Positions 7,124 through 19,100 of a stretch of 64,000 nt of DNA are shown in pieces. A program made the position numbers and the translations under genes. The DNA comes from Auanema rhodensis (lineage: Eukaryota; Animalia; Nematoda): the NCBI GenBank assembly GCA_964057225.1, contig OZ059895.1, positions 23,250,001 to 23,314,000 of the forward strand, read 5' to 3'. Below the pieces are notes generated by a model. The model was not told where the DNA came from. It ran no database searches and saw only the letters and a program-made list of their open reading frames with translations. Position 1 is the stretch's first letter, and every line of letters begins with the position of its first letter.

Positions 7124-7852
7124 TACATGGAAACTCAACATACACTAATGCATCATTTTTCAAACGATCATAACTAATTTTTGTATTGAGCGTTTCTCAA
7201 TGTAGTATAGTGCATTCGATGCGGATTTTTAAGCTGCAATGATCTGTGTTATCAGATTTGCGCTAGCTTAAAAATGCACCGAGATATCAACTGATATAAG
7301 TTCACACTTATATCCTCGATTTTCACCCTGAAGAATTAATTTTTTCGTTGAATAACAATGTCCATCGTCTTTGCCTTGAAAAAAGGAATCTAAAAACATC
7401 TACTTTTTGCTAAATTATTTTGAAATTTTTCGAAAAAATTTTTGTCAAAATGTTTTTGGAAGCAATGTTGAGTGTACATGGAGACTCAACATACACTAAT
7501 GCATCATTTTTCAAACGATCATAACTAATTTTCGTATTAAGCGTTTCTCAATGTAGTATAGTGCATTCGATGCGGATTTTTAAGCTGCGTCGATCTGTGT
7601 TATCAGATTTGCGCTAGCTTAAAAATGCACCGAGATATCAACTGATATATGTTCACACTTATATCCTCGATTTTCACCCTGAAGAATTAATTTTTTCGTT
7701 GAATAACATCGTCCATCGTCTTTGCCTTAAAAAAAGGAATCTAAAAACATCTACTTTTTGCTAAATTATCTTGAAATTTTTTGAAAAAATTTTTGTCAAA
7801 ATGTTTTTGGAAGCAATGTTGAGTGTACATGGAAACTCAACATACACTAATG

Positions 7853-7956
7853 CATCATTTTTCAAACGATTATTTTGAAATTTTTCGAAAAAATTTTTGT
7901 CAAAATGTTTTTGGAAGCAATGTTGAGTGTACATGGAAACTCAACATACACTAATG
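7853..7956. repeat. Truncated 104-bp monomer (247-bp internal deletion), copy 1
   Basis: caaacgAT|tattttgaaa junction at about 7870. Next monomer starts at 7957. Confidence 0.93.
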
Positions 7957-10063
7957 CATCATTTTTCAAACGATCATAACTAATTTTTGTATTAAGCGTT
8001 TCTCAATGTAGTATAGTGCATTCGATGCGGATTTTTAAGCTGCGTCGATCTGTTTTATCAGATTTGCGCTAGCTTAAAAATGCACCGAGATATCAACTGA
8101 TATAAGTTCACACTTATATCCTCGATTTTCACCCTGAAGAATTAATTTTTTCGTTGAATAACAATGTCCATCGTCTTTGCCTTGAAAAAAGGAATCTAAA
8201 AACATCTACTTTTTGCTAAATTATTCTGAAATTTTTCGAAAAAATTTTTGTCAAAATGTTTTTGGAAGCAATGTTGAGTGTACATGGAAACTCAACATAC
8301 ACTAATGCATCATTTTTCAAACGATCATAACTAATTTTCGTATTAAGCGTTTCTCAATGTAGTATAGTGCATTCGATGCGGATTTTTAAGCTGCGTCGAT
8401 CTGTGTTATCAGATTTGCGCTAGCTTAAAAATGCACCGAGATATCAACTGATATATGTTCACACTTATATCCTCGATTTTCACCCTGAAGAATTAATTTT
8501 TTCGTTGAATAACAATGTCCATCGTCTTTGCCTTGAAAAAAGGAATCTAAAAACATCTACTTTTTGCTAAATTATTTTGAAATTTTTCGAAAAAATTTTT
8601 GTCAAAATGTTTTTGGAAGCAATGTTGAGTGTACATGGAAACTCAACATACACTAATGCATCATTTTTCAAACGATCATAACTAATTTTTGTATTAAGCG
8701 TTTCTCAATGTAGTATAGTGCATTCGATGCGGATTTTTAAGCTGCGTCGTTCTGTGTTATCAGATTTGCGCTAGCTTAAAAATGCACCGAGATATCAACT
8801 GATATAAGTTCACACTTATATCCTCGATTTTCACCCTGAAGAATTAATTTTTTCGTTGAATAACAATGTTCATCGTCTTTGCCTTGAAAAAAGGAATCTA
8901 AAAACATCTACTTTTTGCTAAATTATTTTGAAATTTTTCGAAAAAATTTTTGTCAAAATGTTTTTGGAAGCAATGTTGAGTGTACATGGAAACTCAACAT
9001 ACACTAATGCATCATTTTTCAAACGATCATAACTAATTTTTGTATTAAGCGTTTCTCAATGTAGTATAGTGCATTCGATGCGGATTTTTAAGCTGCGTCG
9101 ATCTGTGTTATCAGATTTGCGCTAGCTTAAAAATGCACCGAGATATCAACTGATATAAGTTCACACTTATATCCTCGATTTTCACCCTGAAGAATTAATT
9201 TTTTCGTTGAATAACAATGTTCATCGTCTTTGCCTTGAAAAAAGGAATCTAAAAACATCTACTTTTTGCTAAATTATTTTGTTAATTTTTCGAAAAAATT
9301 TTTGTCAAAATGTTTTTGGAAGCAATGTTGAGTGTACATGGAAACTCAACATACACTAATGCATCATTTTTCAAACGATCATAACTAATTTTTGTATCAA
9401 GCGTTTCTCAATGTAGTATAGTGCATTCGATGCGGATTTTTAAGCTGCGTCGATCTGTGTTATCAGATTTGCGCTAGCTTAAAAATGCACCGAGATATCA
9501 ACTGATATAAGTTCACACTTATATCCTCGATTTTCACCCTGAAGAATTAATTTTTTCGTTGAATAACAATGTCCATCGTCTTTGCCTTGAAAAAAGAAAT
9601 CTAAAAACATCTACTTTTTGCTAAATTATTTTGAAATTTTTCGAAAAAATTTTTGTCAAAATGTTTTTGGAAGCAATGTTGAGTGTACATGGAGACTCAA
9701 CATACACTAATGCATCATTTTTCAAACGATCATAACTAATTTTCGTATTAAGCGTTTCTCAATGTAGTATAGTGCATTCGATGCGGATTTTTAAGCTGCG
9801 TCGTTCTGTGTTATCAGATTTGCGCTAGCTTAAAAATGCACCGAGATATCAACTGATATAAGTTCACACTTATATCCTCGATTTTCACCCTGAAGAATTA
9901 ATTTTTTCGTTGAATAACATCGTCCATCGTCTTTGCCTTAAAAAAAGGAATCTAAAAACATCTACTTTTTGCTAAATTATCTTGAAATTTTTTGAAAAAA
10001 TTTTTGTCAAAATGTTTTTGGAAGCAATGTTGAGTGTACATGGAAACTCAACATACACTAATG

Positions 10064-10167
10064 CATCATTTTTCAAACGATTATTTTGAAATTTTTCGAA
10101 AAAATTTTTGTCAAAATGTTTTTGGAAGCAATGTTGAGTGTACATGGAAACTCAACATACACTAATG
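10064..10167. repeat. Truncated 104-bp monomer, copy 2
   Basis: Same junction at about 10081. Next monomer starts at 10168. Confidence 0.93.
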
Positions 10168-13100
10168 CATCATTTTTCAAACGATCATAACTAATTTTTG
10201 TATTAAGCGTTTCTCAATGTAGTATAGTGCATTCGATGCGGATTTTTAAGCTGCGTCGATCTGTTTTATCAGATTTGCGCTAGCTTAAAAATGCACCGAG
10301 ATATCAACTGATATAAGTTCACACTTATATCCTCGATTTTCACCCTGAAGAATTAATTTTTTCGTTGAATAACAATGTCCATCGTCTTTGCCTTGAAAAA
10401 AGGAATCTAAAAACATCTACTTTTTGCTAAATTATTCTGAAATTTTTCGAAAAAATTTTTGTCAAAATGTTTTTGGAAGCAATGTTGAGTGTACATGGAA
10501 ACTCAACATACACTAATGCATCATTTTTCAAACGATCATAACTAATTTTCGTATTAAGCGTTTCTCAATGTAGTATAGTGCATTCGATGCGGATTTTTAA
10601 GCTGCGTCGATCTGTGTTATCAGATTTGCGCTAGCTTAAAAATGCACCGAGATATCAACTGATATATGTTCACACTTATATCCTCGATTTTCACCCTGAA
10701 GAATTAATTTTTTCGTTGAATAACAATGTCCATCGTCTTTGCCTTGAAAAAAGGAATCTAAAAACATCTACTTTTCGCTAAATTATTTTGAAATTTTTCG
10801 AAAAAATTTTTGTCAAAATGTTTTTGGAAGCAATGTTGAGTGTACATGGAAACTCAACATACACTAATGCATCATTTTTCAAACGATCATAACTAATTTT
10901 TGTATTAAGCGTTTCTCAATGTAGTATAGTGCATTCGATGCGGATTTTTAAGCTGCGTCGATCTGTGTTATCAGATTTGCGCTAGCTTAAAAATGCACCG
11001 AGATATCAACTGATATATGTTCACACTTATATCCTCGATTTTCACCCTGAAGAATTAATTTTTTCGTTGAATAACAATGTTCATCGTCTTTGCCTTGAAA
11101 AAAGGAATCTAAAAACATCTACTTTTTGCTAAATTATTTTGAAATTTTTCGAAAAAATTTTTGTCAAAATGTTTTTGGAAGCAATGTTGAGTGTACATGG
11201 AAACTCAACATACACTAATGCATCATTTTTCAAACGATCATAACTAATTTTTGTATTAAGCGTTTCTCAATGTAGTATAGTGCATTCGATGCGGATTTTT
11301 AAGCTGCGTCGATCTGTGTTATCAGATTTGCGCTAGCTTAAAAATGCACCGAGATATCAACTGATATAAGTTCACACTTATATCCTCGATTTTCACCCTG
11401 AAGAATTAATTTTTTCGTTGAATAACAATGTTCATCGTCTTTGCCTTGAAAAAAGGAATCTAAAAACATCTACTTTTTGCTAAATTATTTTGTTAATTTT
11501 TCGAAAAAATTTTTGTCAAAATGTTTTTGGAAGCAATGTTGAGTGTACATGGAAACTCAACATACACTAATGCATCATTTTTCAAACGATCATAACTAAT
11601 TTTTGTATCAAGCGTTTCTCAATGTAGTATAGTGCATTCGATGCGGATTTTTAAGCTGCGTCGATCTGTGTTATCAGATTTGCGCTAGCTTAAAAATGCA
11701 CCGAGATATCAACTGATATAAGTTCACACTTATATCCTCGATTTTCACCCTGAAGAATTAATTTTTTCGTTGAATAACAATGTCCATCGTCTTTGCCTTG
11801 AAAAAAGAAATCTAAAAACATCTACTTTTTGCTAAATTATTTTGAAATTTTTCGAAAAAATTTTTGTCAAAATGTTTTTAGAAGCAATGTTGAGTGTACA
11901 TGGAAACTCAACATACACTAATGCATCATTTTTCAAACGATCATAACTAATTTTTGTATTAAGCGTTTCTCAATGTAGTATAGTGCATTCGATGCGGATT
12001 TTTAAGCTGCAATGATCTGTGTTATCAGATTTGCGCTAGCTTAAAAATGCACCGAGATATCAACTGATATAAGTTCACACTTATATCCTCGATTTTCACC
12101 CTGAAGAATTAATTTTTTCGTTGAATAACAATGTCCATCGTCTTTGCCTTGAAAAAAGAAATCTAAAAACATCTACTTTTTGCTAAATTATTTTGAAATT
12201 TTTCGAAAAAATTTTTGTCAAAATGTTTTTGGAAGCAATGTTGAGTGTACATGGAAACTCAACATACACTAATGCATCATTTTTCAAACGATCATAACTA
12301 ATTTTTGTATTAAGCGTTTCTCAATGTAGTATAGTGCATTCGATGCAGATTTTTAAGCTGCGTCGATCTGTGTTATCAGATTTGCGCTAGCTTAGAAATG
12401 CACCGAGATATCAACTGATATATGTTCACACTTATATCCTCGATTTTCACCCTGAAGAATTAATTTTTTCGTTGAATAACAATGTCCATCGTCTTTGCCT
12501 TGAAAAAAGGAATCTAAAAACATCTACTTTTTGCTAAATTATCTTGAAATTTTTCGAAAAAATTTTTGTCAAAATGTTTTTGGAAGCAATGTTGAGTGTA
12601 CATGGAAACTCAACATACACTAATGCATCATTTTTCAAACGATCATAACTAATTTTTGTATTAAGCGTTTCTCAATGTAGTATAGTGCATTCGATGCGGA
12701 TTTTTAAGCTGCGTCGATCTGTGTTATCAGATTTGCGCTAGCTTAAAAATGCACCGAGATATCAACTGATATAAGTTCACACTTATATCCTCGATTTTCA
12801 CCCTGAAGAATTAATTTTTTCGTTGAATAACAATGTCCATCGTCTTTGCCTTGAAAAAAGAAATCTAAAAACATCTACTTTTTGCTAAATTATTTTGAAA
12901 TTTTTCGAAAAAATTTTTGTCAAAATGTTTTTAGAAGCAATGTTGAGTGTACATGGAAACTCAACATACACTAATGCATCATTTTTCAAACGATCATAAC
13001 TAATTTTTGTATTAAGCGTTTCTCAATGTAGTATAGTGCATTCGATGCGGATTTTTAAGCTGCAATGATCTGTGTTATCAGATTTGCGCTAGCTTAAAAA

Positions 13101-16100
13101 TGCACCGAGATATCAACTGATATAAGTTCACACTTATATCCTCGATTTTCACCCTGAAGAATTAATTTTTTCGTTGAATAACAATGTCCATCGTCTTTGC
13201 CTTGAAAAAAGAAATCTAAAAACATCTACTTTTTGCTAAATTATTTTGAAATTTTTCGAAAAAATTTTTGTCAAAATGTTTTTGGAAGCAATGTTGAGTG
13301 TACATGGAAACTCAACATACACTAATGCATCATTTTTCAAACGATCATAACTAATTTTTGTATTAAGCGTTTCTCAATGTAGTATAGTGCATTCGATGCA
13401 GATTTTTAAGCTGCGTCGATCTGTGTTATCAGATTTGCGCTAGCTTAGAAATGCACCGAGATATCAACTGATATATGTTCACACTTATATCCTCGATTTT
13501 CACCCTGAAGAATTAATTTTTTCGTTGAATAACAATGTCCATCGTCTTTGCCTTGAAAAAAGGAATCTAAAAACATCTACTTTTTGCTAAATTATCTTGA
13601 AATTTTTCGAAAAAATTTTTGTCAAAATGTTTTTGGAAGCAATGTTGAGTGTACATGGAAACTCAACATACACTAATGCATCATTTTTCAAACGATCATA
13701 ACTAATTTTTGTATTAAGCGTTTTTCAATGTGGTATAGTGCATTCGATGCGGATTTTTAAGCTGCGTCGATCTGTGTTATCAGATTTGCGCTAGCTTAAA
13801 AATGCACCGAGATATCAACTGATATATGTTCACACTTATATCCTCGATTTTCACCCTGAAGAATTAATTTTTTCGTTGAATAACAATGTTCATCGTCTTT
13901 GCCTTGAAAAAAGGAATCTAAAAACATCTACTTTTTGCTAAATTATTTTGAAATTTTTCGAAAAAATTTTTGTCAAAATGTTTTTGGAAGCAATGTTGAG
14001 TGTACATGGAAACTCAACATACACTAATGCATCATTTTTCAAACGATCATAACTAATTTTTGTATTAAGCGTTTCTCAATGTAGTATAGTGCATTCGATG
14101 CGGATTTTTAAGCTGCGTCGATCTGTGTTATCAGATTTGCGCTAGCTTAAAAATGCACCGAGATATCAACTGATATATGTTCACACTTATATCCTCGATT
14201 TTCACCCTGAAGAATTAATTTTTTCGTTGAATAACAATGTTCATCGTCTTTGCCTTTGAAAAAAGGAATCTAAAAACATCTACTTTTTGCTAAATTATTT
14301 TGAAATTTTTCGAAAAAATTTTTGTCAAAATGTTTTTGGAAGCAATGTTGAGTGTACATGGAAACTCAACATACACTAATGCATCATTTTTCAAACGATC
14401 ATAACTAATTTTTGTATTAAGCGTTTCTCAATGTAGTATAGTGCATTCGATGCGGATTTTTAAGCTGCGTCGATCTGTGTTATCAGATTTGCGCTAGCTT
14501 AAAAATGCACCGAGATATCAACTGATATATGTTCACACTTATATCCTCGATTTTCACCCTGAAGAATTAATTTTTTCGTTGAATAACAATGTTCATCGTC
14601 TTTGCCTTGAAAAAAGGAATCTAAAAACATCTACTTTTTGCTAAATTATTTTGAAATTTTTCGAAAAAATTTTTGTCAAAATGTTTTTGGAAGCAATGTT
14701 GAGTGTACATGGAAACTCAACATACACTAATGCATCATTTTTCAAACGATCATAACTAATTTTTGTATTAAGCGTTTCTCAATGTAGTATAGTGCATTCG
14801 ATGCGGATTTTTAAGCTGCGTCGATCTGTGTTATCAGATTTGCGCTAGCTTAAAAATGCACCGAGATATCAACTGATATATGTTCACACTTATATCCTCG
14901 ATTTTCACCCTGAAGAATTAATTTTTTCGTTGAATAACAATGTTCATCGTCTTTGCCTTGAAAAAAGGAATCTAAAAACATCTACTTTTTGCTAAATTAT
15001 TTTGAAATTTTTCGAAAAAATTTTTGTCAAAATGTTTTTGGAAGCAATGTTGAGTGTACATGGAAACTCAACATACACTAATGCATCATTTTTCAAACGA
15101 TCATAACTAATTTTTGTATTAAGCGTTTCTCAATGTAGTATAGTGCATTCGATGCGGATTTTTAAGCTGCGTCGATCTGTGTTATCAGATTTGCGCTAGC
15201 TTAAAAATGCACCGAGATATCAACTGATATATGTTCACACTTATATCCTCGATTTTCACCCTGAAGAATTAATTTTTTCGTTGAATAACAATGTTCATCG
15301 TCTTTGCCTTGAAAAAAGGAATCTAAAAACATCTACTTTTTGCTAAATTATTTTGAAATTTTTCGAAAAAATTTTTGTCAAAATGTTTTTGGAAGCAATG
15401 TTGAGTGTACATGGAAACTCAACATACACTAATGCATCATTTTTCAAACGATCATAACTAATTTTTGTATTAAGCGTTTCTCAATGTAGTATAGTGAATT
15501 CGATGCGGATTTTTAAGCTGCGTCGATCTGTGTTATCAGATTTGCGCTAGCTTAAAAATGCACCGAGATATCAACTGATATAAGTTCACACTTATATCCT
15601 CGATTTTCACCCTGAAGAATTAATTTTTTCGTTGAATAACAATGTTCATCGTCTTTGCCTTGAAAAAAGGAATCTAAAAACATCTACTTTTTGCTAAATT
15701 ATTTTGTTAATTTTTCGAAAAAATTTTTGTCAAAATGTTTTTGGAAGCAATGTTGAGTGTACATGGAAACTCAACATACACTAATGCATCATTTTTCAAA
15801 CGATCATAACTAATTTTTGTATCAAGCGTTTCTCAATGTAGTATAGTGCATTCGATGCGGATTTTTAAGCTGCGTCGATCTGTGTTATCAGATTTGCGCT
15901 AGCTTAAAAATGCACCGAGATATCAACTGATATATGTTCACACTTATATCCTCGATTTTCACCCTGAAGAATTAATTTTTTCGTTGAATAACAATGTTCA
16001 TCGTCTTTGCCTTGAAAAAAGGAATCTAAAAACATCTACTTTTTGCTAAATTATTTTGAAATTTTTCGAAAAAATTTTTGTCAAAATGTTTTTGGAAGCA

Positions 16101-19100
16101 ATGTTGAGTGTACATGGAAACTCAACATACACTAATGCATCATTTTTCAAACGATCATAACTAATTTTTGTATTAAGCGTTTCTCAATGTAGTATAGTGC
16201 ATTCGATGCGGATTTTTAAGCTGCGTCGATCTGTGTTATCAGATTTGCGCTAGCTTAAAAATGCACCGAGATATCAACTGATATATGTTCACACTTATAT
16301 CCTCGATTTTCACCCTGAAGAATTAATTTTTTCGTTGAATAACAATGTTCATCGTCTTTGCCTTGAAAAAAGGAATCTAAAAACATCTACTTTTTGCTAA
16401 ATTATTTTGAAATTTTTCGAAAAAATTTTTGTCAAAATGTTTTTGGAAGCAATGTTGAGTGTACATGGAAACTCAACATACACTAATGCATCATTTTTCA
16501 AACGATCATAACTAATTTTTGTATTAAGCGTTTCTCAATGTAGTATAGTGCATTCGATGCGGATTTTTAAGCTGCGTCGATCTGTGTTATCAGATTTGCG
16601 CTAGCTTAAAAATGCACCGAGATATCAACTGATATATGTTCACACTTATATCCTCGATTTTCACCCTGAAGAATTAATTTTTTCGTTGAATAACAATGTT
16701 CATCGTCTTTGCCTTGAAAAAAGGAATCTAAAAACATCTACTTTTTGCTAAATTATTTTGAAATTTTTCGAAAAAATTTTTGTCAAAATGTTTTTGGAAG
16801 CAATGTTGAGTGTACATGGAAACTCAACATACACTAATGCATCATTTTTCAAACGATCATAACTAATTTTTGTATTAAGCGTTTCTCAATGTAGTATAGT
16901 GCATTCGATGCGGGTTTTTAAGCTGCGTCGATCTGTGTTATCAGATTTGCGCTAGCTTAAAAATGCACCGAGATATCAACTGATATATGTTCACACTTAT
17001 ATCCTCGATTTTCACCCTGAAGAATTAATTTTTTCGTTGAATAACAATGTTCATCGTCTTTGCCTTGAAAAAAGGAATCTAAAAACATCTACTTTTTGCT
17101 AAATTATTTTGAAATTTTTCGAAAAAATTTTTGTCAAAATGTTTTTGGAAGCAATGTTGAGTGTACATGGAAACTCAACATACACTAATGCATCATTTTT
17201 CAAACGATCATAACTAATTTTTGTATTAAGCGTTTCTCAATGTAGTATAGTGCATTCGATGCGGATTTTTAAGCTGCGTCGATCTGTGTTATCAGATTTG
17301 CGCTAGCTTAAAAATGCACCGAGATATCAACTGATATATGTTCACACTTATATCCTCGATTTTCACCCTGAAGAATTAATTTTTTCGTTGAATAACAATG
17401 TTCATCGTCTTTGCCTTGAAAAAAGGAATCTAAAAACATCTACTTTTTGCTAAATTATTTTGAAATTTTTCGAAAAAATTTTTGTCAAAATGTTTTTGGA
17501 AGCAATGTTGAGTGTACATGGAAACTCAACATACACTAATGCATCATTTTTCAAACGATCATAACTAATTTTTGTATTAAGCGTTTCTCAATGTAGTATA
17601 GTGCATTCGATGCGGATTTTTAAGCTGCGTCGATCTGTGTTATCAGATTTGCGCTAGCTTAAAAATGCACCGAGATATCAACTGATATATGTTCACACTT
17701 ATATCCTCGATTTTCACCCTGAAGAATTAATTTTTTCGTTGAATAACAATGTCCATCGTCTTTGCCTTGAAAAAAGGAATCTAAAAACATCTACTTTTTG
17801 CTAAATTATTCTGAAATTTTTCGAAAAAATTTTTGTCAAAATGTTTTTGGAAGCAATGTTGAGTGTACATGGAAACTCAACATACACTAATGCATCATTT
17901 TTCAAACGATCATAACTAATTTTTGTATTGAGCGTTTCTCAATGTAGTATAGTGCATTCGATGCGGATTTTTAAGCTGCGTCGATCTGTGTTATCAGATT
18001 TGCGCTAGCTTAAAAATGCACCGAGATATCAACTGATATAAGTTCACACTTATATCCTCGATTTTCACCCTGAAGAATTAATTTTTTCGTTGAATAACAA
18101 TGTTCATCGTCTTTGCCTTGAAAAAAGGAATCTAAAAACATCTACTTTTTGCTAAATTATTTTGAAATTTTTCGAAAAAATTTTTGTCAAAATGTTTTTG
18201 GAAGCAATGTTGAGTGTACATGGAAACTCAACATACACTAATGCATCATTTTTCAAACGATCATAACTAATTTTTGTATTAAGCGTTTCTCAATGTAGTA
18301 TAGTGCATTCGATGCAGATTTTTAAGCTGCGTCGATCTGTGTTATCAGATTTGCGCTAGCTTAAAAATGCACCGAGATATCAACTGATATAAGTTCACAC
18401 TTATATCCTCGATTTTCACCCTGAAGAATTAATTTTTTCGTTGAATAACAATGTCCATCGTCTTTGCCTTGAAACAAGGAATCTAAAAACATCTACTTTT
18501 TGCTAAATTATTTTGAAATTTTTCGAAAAAATTTTTGTCAAAATGTTTTTGGAAGCAATGTTGAGTGTACATGGAAACTCAACATACACTAATGCATCAT
18601 TTTTCAAACGATCATAACTAATTTTTGTATTAAGCGTTTCTCAATGTAGTATAGTGCATTCGATGCGGATTTTTAAGCTGCGTCGATCTGTGTTATCAGA
18701 TTTGCGCTAGCTTAAAAATGCACCGAGATATCAACTGATATATGTTCACACTTATATCCTCAATTTTCACCCTGAAGAATTAATTTTTTCGTTGAATAAC
18801 AATGTTCATCGTCTTTGCCTTGAAAAAAAGGAATCTAAAAACATCTACTTTTTGCTAAATTATTTTGAAATTTTTCGAAAAAATTTTTGTCAAAATGTTT
18901 TTGGAAGCAATGTTGAGTGTACATGGAAACTCAACATACACTAATGCATCATTTTTCAAACGATCATAACTAATTTTTGTATTAAGCGTTTCTCAATGTA
19001 GTATAGTGCATTCGATGCGGATTTTTAAGCTGCGTCGATCTGTGTTATCAGATTTGCGCTAGCTTAAAAATGCACCGAGATATCAACTGATATATGTTCA

